Both the position numbers and the translations under genes were made by a program. This document shows, one piece after another, positions 42,244 to 50,306 of a stretch of 60,443 nucleotides of DNA (the stretch's first letter is position 1; each line of letters begins with the position of its first letter). Under the pieces are notes generated by a model. It saw nothing but the letters and a program-made list of their open reading frames with translations, had not been told where the DNA came from and did not search any database. The stretch is from Bryobacteraceae bacterium. GTDB lineage: Bacteria > Acidobacteriota > Terriglobia > Bryobacterales > Bryobacteraceae. Where the stretch lies: the NCBI GenBank assembly GCA_049686695.1, contig JBAVIH010000097.1, positions 1 to 60,443 of the forward strand. Direction: 5' to 3'.

Positions 42244-42908
42244 TCGTCGCTTCCCCCAAGTCCGTTACGGAACTCAAGAACCTCGTCGCGTCCCACCACA
42301 AGGTCCTTTTTGTGGGCTGTGGAACCTGCGTCACGGTCTGCTTGGCCGGCGGCGAGCGCGAGGTGGGTATCGCCTCCTATGCCGTTCGCATGGCTCGCAA
42401 AATCGAAGGGAAGCCTCTCGAACTCATTCAGATCACGATTGAACGCCAGTGCGAGAACGAGTTCATCAAGGACCTCGCGGAACCGGCGTCCAAAGCCGAC
42501 GCCATCGTGTCTTTCGGCTGCGGCGCGGGCGTGCAGGCGATCACCGAGCGGTTCCCCGGCAAACCGGTCTACCCCGCGCTGAATACGCAGTTTCTCGGCA
42601 TCCTCGAGGAACAGGCGGTCTGGACGGAGAAGTGCCTGGGCTGTGGCGACTGCATGCTGGCGCAGTTCGGCGGCATCTGCCCGCTGACCCGGTGCGCCAA
42701 GCGCGTGCTCAACGGTCCCTGCGGCGGCTCGACCGAAACCGGGTGCGAGGTGGACGACGGCCGCCCTTGCGCCTGGCAGCTCATCTTCCAGCGCCTCAAG
42801 GGCATCGATCAACTCGACCGCCTGGACGCCATCGTCCCACCCAAGGATTGGCGCCCCAGTTGGCACGGCAGCCCCCGCAAGATCGTCCGCGAAGAGCATA
42901 GAGTGTAA
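42240..42908 (+). CDS. metV: MetV-like protein (MTHFR C-terminal/zinc-ribbon-type Fe-S domain)
   Basis: 222 aa, ATGA overlap. 'FVGCGTCVTVC', 'CLGCGDCMLAQFGGICPLTRCAKRVLNGPCGG' and 'CAWQLI' match the MTHFR_C / MetV family. Confidence 0.8.
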   Translation: MIVASPKSVTELKNLVASHHKVLFVGCGTCVTVCLAGGEREVGIASYAVRMARKIEGKPLELIQITIERQCENEFIKDLAEPASKADAIVSFGCGAGVQAITERFPGKPVYPALNTQFLGILEEQAVWTEKCLGCGDCMLAQFGGICPLTRCAKRVLNGPCGGSTETGCEVDDGRPCAWQLIFQRLKGIDQLDRLDAIVPPKDWRPSWHGSPRKIVREEHRV

Positions 42909-43042
42909 ACGGCTTCACTGCGGAATCCACAGAAGTCTCCAGAATCGGCAGCCCCGTCTCCGGCGCGCGCTGCCGCGAACCCGGGAGGAAGCATACTCGT
43001 ACTAGACTTAGGAGAAAGCGCGCTGCCCATCGCGGAAGGTTT

Positions 43043-44338
43043 ATGAAGATCCTCGCGCTCACCGCCGGCGCCGCACGAATGTACTGCGGCAGTTGCCTCC
43101 GCGACAATTCGCTCGCGGCGGAACTCAGGAGGCAGGGCCACGACATCACTCTGCTCCCGCTCTACACGCCCACGCGCACGGACGAGCCGAACGTCAGCGA
43201 GCCGAGGGTTTTCCTGAACGGGATCAGCGTCTGCCTCGACCAGGAGGCGGCGTTCTTCCGGAAGACGCACAAACTGCTGGACCGGCTGTGGGATGCGCCG
43301 TGGATGCTGAAACTGGCGTCGCGAACCTCGATCCGGGTCGATCCGCACCGGCTGGGCGCAATGACGGTTTCCATGCTGCGCGGGGAAGAAGGCTATCAGC
43401 TCAAGGAGATCCGTCAGTTGACCGACTGGCTGCGGGGTGAAGAACCGCCCGATATCGTGACCCTGCCCAATTCTCTGCTGATCGGGTTGGCGCGGCCCGT
43501 CCGCGAAGCATTGCGCCGGCCGGTGTGCTGCACGTTGCAGGGCGAGGATCTCTTCCTCAGCCAGTTATGCGAACCGTATCGAACGCAGGCGCTGGAACTG
43601 ATCCGCGCCAAGATCGGGGATGTGGACGGCTTTGTGGCGATCAGCCAATTCTGCGCGGACTACTGGCGGCGTCAATTGGGAATTTCCGACCGGATGATGC
43701 GCGTGGTTCCGCTCGGAATCGATCCGGACGCGTACGGTCCGCCGGCGCGTGTTCCCGGCGCGCCGTTTCGGGTCGGCTTCCTGGCGCGGATCGCGCCGGA
43801 GAAGGGACTCCACCTGCTGGCCGAGAGCTATCTGCGGCTGCGGCGCGAGAGCGATTTCGGAGGTGCGTCGCTGGAGGTGGCCGGTTACCTGGCGCCGGAG
43901 CATCGAGGCTACCTGCGCGGCATCGAACGGCGGATGAAGGCGGCGGGCCTGGCGCACGAATTTCACTTTTCGGGCGAGCTCGACCGGGCGCGGAAGATCG
44001 AGTTTCTGCGCAGGCTCAATGTCCTGAGCGTCCCCAGCACCTACGGCGAGCCGAAGGGAATCTCCCTGCTGGAGGCGATGGCTAGCGGCGTTCCCGTGGT
44101 GCAGCCCCGGCTCGGAGCGTTTCCCGAAATCCTGGAGAGAACCGGAGGCGGAGTCCTGGTGGACCCCGACAGCGCGGTTAGCCTGGCGGACGGCATCTAC
44201 GGTCTGTGGAAAAACCCCGAGCTGGCCGTGGAATTGGGACGCCGGGGCGCGCAGGGCGTTCGCGCCCATTTCAGCGCCGCGCAAATGGCTGCGCGAGCGC
44301 TCGAAGCTTACCAGGCCATCGCGCGCGCCTATGCTTGA
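43043..44338 (+). CDS. Glycosyltransferase family 4 (GT-B fold, group 1)
   Basis: 431 aa. The C-terminal half, 'VGFLARIAPEKGLHLL...LNVLSVPSTYGEPKGISLLEAMASGVPVV', gives the EX7E-type motif. Confidence 0.85.
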   Translation: MKILALTAGAARMYCGSCLRDNSLAAELRRQGHDITLLPLYTPTRTDEPNVSEPRVFLNGISVCLDQEAAFFRKTHKLLDRLWDAPWMLKLASRTSIRVDPHRLGAMTVSMLRGEEGYQLKEIRQLTDWLRGEEPPDIVTLPNSLLIGLARPVREALRRPVCCTLQGEDLFLSQLCEPYRTQALELIRAKIGDVDGFVAISQFCADYWRRQLGISDRMMRVVPLGIDPDAYGPPARVPGAPFRVGFLARIAPEKGLHLLAESYLRLRRESDFGGASLEVAGYLAPEHRGYLRGIERRMKAAGLAHEFHFSGELDRARKIEFLRRLNVLSVPSTYGEPKGISLLEAMASGVPVVQPRLGAFPEILERTGGGVLVDPDSAVSLADGIYGLWKNPELAVELGRRGAQGVRAHFSAAQMAARALEAYQAIARAYA

Positions 44339-45002
44339 AATCTCGAACGTCGGCAAACAATATCCGACGCCGCGCGGGCCGCTGACCGTGCTCGCCGGGG
44401 CGTCGCTCTCCTTGAACCGCGGCGAGGCGGCGGCCATCATGGGTCCATCGGGCTCGGGCAAGAGCACGTTGCTTTACATCGCCGGAGGGTTGGAGCCGCC
44501 CACAAGCGGCACGGTTACCCTCGACGGCGTCAACCCTTACTCCGCTTCGGAAAAGGAGCTGGCGGCATTTCGCAATCAGTCCGTCGGCTTTGTATTCCAG
44601 GACCACTGCCTGCTGCCGCAGTGCTCGGTTCTGGAAAATGTATTGGTGCCAACCTTGGTGGCGGACGATCGAGCCGATCATCCCGCGCGCGCGCGGGAAC
44701 TGCTTCGACAAGTGGGGTTGGAAGACCGGCTGGATCACCGTCCGGCGGAGCTTTCGGGTGGCGAGAAGCAGCGCGTGGCGCTGGCGCGAGCCCTCATCCG
44801 GCAGCCGCGCCTGTTGCTCTGCGACGAGCCGACCGGCAACCTCGATGAAGCTGCGGCGGAAATGGTGGCGTCGCTTCTGCTGGAACTATCCGGGCGGGAG
44901 GAGACCATCCTGATCGTGGTGACTCACAACCCCGCGCTGGCCGCGCGATTTCCCAAGCGATACGAACTGCGCCATGCGAACCTACACCCTGCTGGCGCGT
45001 AA
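44331..45002 (+). CDS. ABC transporter ATP-binding protein (LolD/MacB-type)
   Basis: 223 aa. Walker A 'GPSGSGKST', signature 'LSGGEKQRVALARAL', Walker B 'LLLCDEPTGNLD'. Confidence 0.9.
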   Translation: MLEISNVGKQYPTPRGPLTVLAGASLSLNRGEAAAIMGPSGSGKSTLLYIAGGLEPPTSGTVTLDGVNPYSASEKELAAFRNQSVGFVFQDHCLLPQCSVLENVLVPTLVADDRADHPARARELLRQVGLEDRLDHRPAELSGGEKQRVALARALIRQPRLLLCDEPTGNLDEAAAEMVASLLLELSGREETILIVVTHNPALAARFPKRYELRHANLHPAGA

Positions 45003-48000
45003 CCTCGCGTGGTACTGGCGGACGAACGCGGCGGTGCTACTCGGGGTGGCAACTGCCACGGGTGTGCTCGGCGGCGCGGCCCTGGTGGGCGGATCGGTGC
45101 GCGCTTCCTTGCGCGACCTGGTGCTGGAGCGGCTCGGCAACACCGATTCCATCGTCACCCGCAACGGCTTTTTCCGCGAGCAACTCGCCGGCGCGTTCGA
45201 GCCCGCCGCGCCGATCATCGTCATGGATGGAGTGGTGGAGCACTCAGCGAGCGGCATGCGGGCTTTGGGCGTGCAGGTATACGGCGTCGACGAGGGCTTC
45301 CGGAAACTTCAAGGCCAGCCCGGCGATGCGCCGCACGGCCGTGAGGTTTGGCTTACCGCGGCACTGGCGCGGGAACTGGGGGCCAGGGCCGGGGACGAAA
45401 TCCTGCTGCGCGTTGCGAAGCCTTCGGCGATTCCGCTCGATTCGCTGCATGGCCGTAAGGACGATGCAGGCAGGACCATCCGATTGACCGTGACGCCAGC
45501 CGGCGCGCCGTTCCGCGAATTCTCGCTGCGGCCGCAGCAAGGCGACGTCCGCGCGGCATACGTGCCGCTCGAGCGCCTGCAACGCGACCTGAATCAGGCG
45601 GGAAAGATCAATACGATATTGCTGGGGCGAACTTCGGGCGCAGCCCCTCCGGAACAGCGCCTGAAGCAGCGCTACACCTTGGCTGACGTGGGACTGCGGC
45701 TGCGCACGCTCGAAAAACCCGGCTGCCTTTCGCTCGAGAGCGATAGCGCGGCGATCGGCGACGCGGTAGCCGCGGCGGCATTCTCCGCCGCCAGATCGCT
45801 TGGGTCCATCGCCCAACCGGTGCTGACATATCTGGCCAACTCTATCCGTATCGGGAAACGCGAGATTCCCTATTCGGTGGTGACCGCGCTCGACTCAGGG
45901 TTGGCCCCCGCCGGCGAGTATGGAATCACGCTGAACGATTGGGCGGCCCGCGAACTGGGAGCGAAGGTGGGCGATCCGGCGACGCTCGAATATTACATCT
46001 GGCGCTCCGACGCGCGCCTGCACACGGAGACGGCGCAATTCCGCGTGGAGCGGATTGTACCGCTGGCCGGAGACGCCGCCGACGCAGACTTCGCCCCCGA
46101 CTATCCCGGCATCACGGAATCGAGAAGCCTCCGCGACTGGGACCCGCCCTTCGCGCTCGACATGTCCCGCATCCGGCCGGCCGACGAGCAGTATTGGAAT
46201 CGGTACCGCACCACGCCGAAAGCTTTCGTACGCCTGGCGCGGGGGCGCGCGCTTTGGGGGACGCGCTTCGGCAGCCTGACTTCCATCCGCATCTTTCCAC
46301 CGTCCGCGGCCTATGTCGAGGCGCTGCGCGCCGCGCTTGACCCGGCGCAGGCCGGCCTGATCGCCATCCCCGCAAGAGCCCAGAGCCTGGAGGCGGCGCA
46401 GGGCGCGACGGACTTTGGCGAGTACTTCGTTTACTTCAGCTTTTTCCTGATGGTTTCGGCCCTGCTGTTAACGGGATTGTTCTTCAGGCTTGGCATCGAC
46501 CAGCGGACGCGCGAAATCGGCGTGCTGCGCGCGCTCGGATTTTCGGCGGCGAAGATCCGCGGCATGTTTCTGCTCGAAGGCGCGGTGCTCGCGGTGGCTG
46601 GCGCCGCGATGGGCGTCGGCGCGGCGCTCGCATACGGCGCGCTGATCCTGCTGGGCCTGCGCTCCTGGTGGATCGGCGCGGTGGGGACGCGGCTGCTCTC
46701 TCTGCACGCCTCGGTTCCGGCGCTGGCCCTCGGAGCCGCTGCCGGGACGATCACGGGCCTCGGTTCGGTGGCCTGGACGCTGCGCGGCCTGCAACCGGTT
46801 ACGCCGCGGGGGTTGCTTGCGGGGGAGCGGAAGAGCGCGCGGCTGCGCTGGCGATGGATGGCGGGCGCGACCGCCGTCGCTCTCGCCGCGGCGTTGGCGG
46901 CCGCTGCGCTTTTCGGGAAATTGGACCAGGCCGCCGGCTTCTTCGGCGCAGGCACGCTGCTGCTCATTGCGGCTTTGCTCTTCCAGTCGGTATGGCTGCA
47001 CGCGCGCGGGTTGCGAGCCATCGGCGGGCTGGTAACGCTTGGCATGCGCAGCGTCCAATATCGGCCCGGCCGCAGCGTTCTCTGCATTGCCTTGATCGCC
47101 TCGGCGACGTTTGTGATCGCTTCGCTCGATGCCTTTCGGCGCGATGGTTCTTCGGCTGGCGCGGGCGGGTTCCCACTGCTGGCAAATGCCGAACTGCCGC
47201 TGATTCACGATCCGAACACGGAAGCCGGACGCGCGGCGCTGAACATTCCGCGGCTCGAAGGCGTTCGGTTCATTCCGTTTCGCGTGCGTGCGGGGGATGA
47301 TGCCAGTTGTCTGAATCTCTACCAGCCGCGCAACCCGCGCATTCTGGCGCCTTCTCCGGCTTTTTTGCGCAACGCCCACTTCGCTTTCCAGGGCGCGGTG
47401 GGAAGTGCGGCAAATCCGTGGCTGCTGCTGGAATCGAAGCTCGAGGGCGGCGCCGTTCCAGCCATTGCCGACGCCAATTCGCTTGACTACTCACTGCATC
47501 GGAAGCTGGGCGAGGAGTTCGAACTGGCCGGGGTGCGGTACCGGATCGTGGCGGCGCTCCAGGACAGCGTGTTTCAAGGCGAGCTCATCATCTCGGAGGA
47601 GAACTTCCTGCGGCTGTTCCCGGACTCGCAGGGCTACCGGTTCTTCCTCTTGAACACTCCGCCGGGGAAAGCGGACGAGGTCGCACGCACGCTGGCGGCT
47701 GCCCTTTCCGGTTACGGATTTGACATTCGGCCTACCGCGGCGCTGCTGGCCAGTTTCCACAGAGTTGAGAACACGTACCTCTCGACGTTCCGCGCGCTGG
47801 GCGGTCTCGGGATGGTGCTGGGCACGGTGGGGTTGGCGGCGCTGCTGATGCGGAACGTGCTCGAACGGAGAAGAGAACTGGCCCTGCTGCGCGCGGTCGG
47901 GTACCGCCGGCGGCATCTCTTCCTGATCGTGCTGGCGGAGAACGCATTCCTTCTGCTGATGGGATTGGCGACCGGCGCCGTCTGCGCCGCGCTCGCCACG

Positions 48001-48153
48001 GCGCCGGCGGTTGCCGCGCGCGGCGGTCATGTGCCGATCATGTCGTTGGCCGTTCTGCTGGCCCTGGTGGCGGCCACCGGAATCGCGTCGTCGGCGATTG
48101 CTACCGCAGTGGCTCTCCGCTCTCAGCTACTCGACGCGCTGAAGTCGGAGTAA
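44974..48153 (+). CDS. Large FtsX/MacB-like ABC permease with two FtsX modules
   Basis: 1059 aa. N-terminal TM followed by a large periplasmic domain, a 'REIGVLRALGFSAAKI' FtsX motif, and a second copy 'RELALLRAVGYRRRHL' near the C-terminus. Overlaps the ATPase gene by 29 nt. Confidence 0.85.
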   Translation: MRTYTLLARNLAWYWRTNAAVLLGVATATGVLGGAALVGGSVRASLRDLVLERLGNTDSIVTRNGFFREQLAGAFEPAAPIIVMDGVVEHSASGMRALGVQVYGVDEGFRKLQGQPGDAPHGREVWLTAALARELGARAGDEILLRVAKPSAIPLDSLHGRKDDAGRTIRLTVTPAGAPFREFSLRPQQGDVRAAYVPLERLQRDLNQAGKINTILLGRTSGAAPPEQRLKQRYTLADVGLRLRTLEKPGCLSLESDSAAIGDAVAAAAFSAARSLGSIAQPVLTYLANSIRIGKREIPYSVVTALDSGLAPAGEYGITLNDWAARELGAKVGDPATLEYYIWRSDARLHTETAQFRVERIVPLAGDAADADFAPDYPGITESRSLRDWDPPFALDMSRIRPADEQYWNRYRTTPKAFVRLARGRALWGTRFGSLTSIRIFPPSAAYVEALRAALDPAQAGLIAIPARAQSLEAAQGATDFGEYFVYFSFFLMVSALLLTGLFFRLGIDQRTREIGVLRALGFSAAKIRGMFLLEGAVLAVAGAAMGVGAALAYGALILLGLRSWWIGAVGTRLLSLHASVPALALGAAAGTITGLGSVAWTLRGLQPVTPRGLLAGERKSARLRWRWMAGATAVALAAALAAAALFGKLDQAAGFFGAGTLLLIAALLFQSVWLHARGLRAIGGLVTLGMRSVQYRPGRSVLCIALIASATFVIASLDAFRRDGSSAGAGGFPLLANAELPLIHDPNTEAGRAALNIPRLEGVRFIPFRVRAGDDASCLNLYQPRNPRILAPSPAFLRNAHFAFQGAVGSAANPWLLLESKLEGGAVPAIADANSLDYSLHRKLGEEFELAGVRYRIVAALQDSVFQGELIISEENFLRLFPDSQGYRFFLLNTPPGKADEVARTLAAALSGYGFDIRPTAALLASFHRVENTYLSTFRALGGLGMVLGTVGLAALLMRNVLERRRELALLRAVGYRRRHLFLIVLAENAFLLLMGLATGAVCAALATAPAVAARGGHVPIMSLAVLLALVAATGIASSAIATAVALRSQLLDALKSE

Positions 48154-48166
48154 CGTCGCCCTTCTT

Positions 48167-48357
48167 AAGCCCGGAGGGCGAAAGACGGTAGCCCACGGCG
48201 CCAGCCGTGGGTCCGTGCGACGTCGAGCATAGCCCCGGAACGGGGCGTAAGAATTTCTTCGGCGAGGAAGCCTTTCGCCCCGTTCCGGGGCTTGCCAGTC
48301 GTTCCTGCCATTCCCAAGGCTCACGCCTTGGGCTACTTTCTTCCGCCCTCCGGGCTT
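48167..48357. repeat. About 190-bp nested palindromic (MITE/REP-like) element
   Basis: Outer arms 48167-48211 and 48313-48357 are inverted copies of a roughly 45-bp unit ('aagcccggagggcgaaagacggtagcccacggcgccagccgtggg'). Each arm carries its own 8-bp-stem hairpin. The centre holds a perfect 17-bp inverted repeat (48231-48247 and 48276-48292). Confidence 0.65.
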
Positions 48358-48463
48358 GCCCGGTCAGCACTAAGTTGGAGCGTATGGGGCATGCCCGGCC
48401 CAGCGGCTTGCGCTCCGGAGGCCGGTTGGTCAGATGACCATATCGTCTGTTATCATGAGAATC

Positions 48464-48709
48464 ATGACGGAGCGCGTATTGAGTGCGTCCGAGTTCAAGG
48501 CCAAATGCCTCGCCTGCCTCGGCGAGATCGAACAATTCGGGGAGGCTATCACCATCACGAGGCGGGGTGTCCCCGTGGCTGTGCTCGGCCCTGTAAAGCG
48601 CTCCGGACGGAAGTCGCCCCGCAACAGTTGGGCAGGCAAGGGCAAGATCCTGGGTGACATCGTGAACGTGGATACATCGGCCTTGTGGGAAGTTACCGGA
48701 CCGGGATAG
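48464..48709 (+). CDS. Phd/YefM-family antitoxin
   Basis: About 81 aa. 'VLSASEFKAKCLACLGEIEQFGEAITITRRGVPVAVLGP' is typical of Phd/YefM. The start could be ATG 48455 or 48464. Confidence 0.7.
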   Translation: MTERVLSASEFKAKCLACLGEIEQFGEAITITRRGVPVAVLGPVKRSGRKSPRNSWAGKGKILGDIVNVDTSALWEVTGPG

Positions 48710-48721
48710 GAGCCGCCCCCC

Positions 48722-49123
48722 CTGCTGCCACGTTTACTGTTGGATACGCACGTTCTGATTCGATGGCTGGTCGAAGCCAGAAAGCTCTCCCGGTCACAAC
48801 TGCGTGCGCTCGAATCGGCCGTCCGAAGGGGCGAGCCAGTGGCCCTCAGTGCCGTCAGCCTGCTGGAAATCGCCGTTCTCGCAAGCGGAGAAAAACCGGC
48901 GCTGAAAATCGACCTGGACGAATTCTTCCGGGACTTGAGTGCCAATCCGATCTTTCGCATCGTTCCGTTGACTTACGAAGTGGCCCTGGATGCCGCCTCG
49001 CTGAGTGCTTTGCGGGATCCTGCCGACCGGGCCATTGCCGCCACGGCCCGCGTCCACCGCCTCCGGCTGGTGACCTCGGATCAACGCATCATTGAGTCCC
49101 GGCTTGTCCAAGTAGTCGAATAG
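48722..49123 (+). CDS. vapC: PIN-domain toxin (VapC-like)
   Basis: Motifs 'LLLDTHVLIRWL', 'LSAVSLLEIA', 'RDPADRAIAATA' and 'LVTSDQRI' include the conserved PIN acidic residues. Start uncertain: CTG 48722/48725 or TTG 48740. Same reading frame as the antitoxin, 4-10 codons after its TAG. Confidence 0.7.
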   Translation: MLPRLLLDTHVLIRWLVEARKLSRSQLRALESAVRRGEPVALSAVSLLEIAVLASGEKPALKIDLDEFFRDLSANPIFRIVPLTYEVALDAASLSALRDPADRAIAATARVHRLRLVTSDQRIIESRLVQVVE

Positions 49124-49125
49124 GC

Positions 49126-50247
49126 TTATCGCCCGAAGCAGTATAGCCGGCCATCCTGCGAACCGATCACCACACGGCCTGCGGCTATCGCGGGAGAAGC
49201 CGAGAGCGGCGCGCCGGCTTCGAAATCCCAAAGCTTTTTCCCGGCGGCCAGATCCAGCACGTAGAAATGGCCGTCATTGGAGCCGATGTACACGCGGCCG
49301 TCCGCGATGGCGGGAGAGGAATCGACGCGGGCCTTGGTTGCGAACGTCCAAATTGCTTTGCCGGTGGTTGCGTTCAGGCAATGCACCAGCTTGTCCCGGC
49401 CGCCAACAACGATGCGGTCGCCGGCCGCGGCCGCCGAGGAGTAGAACGGGAACTGGGCGGCCTGGCGCAGGTATCGCCATAGAATGCGTTTCCGGCTTAC
49501 GCTGGCGCCGACCACTTCGTTGTTGAAATTGCCAAACCATGCCCAGTCGCCCAGCAACGCAGGAGAAGCGCCGGAGGGGCCGCCGGCGGGGAAGCGCACC
49601 ACTTCCTTGCCGTCGGCCAGGCGGATTCCGTGGAAGATTTCGTCGCAGCCGGAGACGTACGCGACGCCGCCCTCGAGCGCGGGAGTCCCATGCACGTAGC
49701 TGCCAGTCGTGAACTTCCAGATGAGCTTGCCATCGCGCCGCGAAAGGCAGTAGAGGTTGCCGTCGTAGGAGCCGATCAGCAACCGGTCTCCGGCGATCAC
49801 CGGCGACGAGCGGATTTCGGCCTCGGTCTTGAATGTCCACAGGGCTCTGCCGTTGGCCGCATTCACTGCGTGCAGGACGCCATTCAAGTCGCCCACATAG
49901 ACGATTCCCTCGTATACCAACGGAGAGGATTCGCCGATGGAATCGGTGGCGCGGTACTTCCAGCGCAGCTTTCCGGTTTGGAGGTCGATAGCCAGCAGAT
50001 CCTTCGATTGCGACCCCACGTAGACCGTGCCGGCGGAAATCGCGGCGGAGGATTCGATCGAGTCGCCGGCGTCATAGCTCCAGAGCAGCTTCAGATTTGC
50101 CGGAACGGAACCGGTGGCGACGCCCGTCATTTGCGGGTTTCCGCGGAACTGCGGCCAGTCATCCGCCGCGCTCAGGAGGCCCACGACGAAAAACAAGAGC
50201 AACGGGCAAGCTAAAGCATGTCCCACCAAGGAGCCCGATTTCTTCAT
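49126..50247 (-). CDS. PQQ-like (BamB/PQQ_2-type) beta-propeller repeat protein, secreted
   Basis: 373 aa. Signal peptide '[27 protein letters not shown]', then '[14 protein letters not shown]'. Repeated 'G.VYVGS.DG.LYA(L/V)D..TGK..W' blades. Confidence 0.85.
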   Translation of the reverse strand: MKKSGSLVGHALACPLLLFFVVGLLSAADDWPQFRGNPQMTGVATGSVPANLKLLWSYDAGDSIESSAAISAGTVYVGSQSKDLLAIDLQTGKLRWKYRATDSIGESSPLVYEGIVYVGDLNGVLHAVNAANGRALWTFKTEAEIRSSPVIAGDRLLIGSYDGNLYCLSRRDGKLIWKFTTGSYVHGTPALEGGVAYVSGCDEIFHGIRLADGKEVVRFPAGGPSGASPALLGDWAWFGNFNNEVVGASVSRKRILWRYLRQAAQFPFYSSAAAAGDRIVVGGRDKLVHCLNATTGKAIWTFATKARVDSSPAIADGRVYIGSNDGHFYVLDLAAGKKLWDFEAGAPLSASPAIAAGRVVIGSQDGRLYCFGR

Positions 50248-50272
50248 TGGTGGGGCATGCTTTAGCTTGCCC
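50204..50272. repeat. REP-like 26-bp inverted repeat (1 mismatch) with 17-nt loop, enclosing the start codon of 49126..50247
   Basis: The arms are 'gggcaagctaaagcatgtcccaccaa' (50204-50229) and 'ttggtggggcatgctttagcttgccc' (50247-50272). The ATG (complement of 50245-50247) sits at the loop/stem boundary. Confidence 0.75.
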
Positions 50273-50306
50273 TCGGAATTCGAAACTGCATTCATGAACG
50301 GTGCGC

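Noticed and set aside
28701-42908. Possible selenocysteine (in-frame TGA) in the Hdr/MvhD/MopB genes, as occurs in some anaerobes
   Set aside because: All these ORFs are uninterrupted, with Cys at the expected motif positions. No in-frame TGA or SECIS-like requirement is apparent.
48101-48657. 144-aa minus-strand and 121-aa plus-strand ORFs in the ABC-exporter / phd spacer
   Set aside because: They are read-throughs of the nested palindromic repeat. Both strands give similar peptides because the DNA is palindromic. There is no start context or homology.
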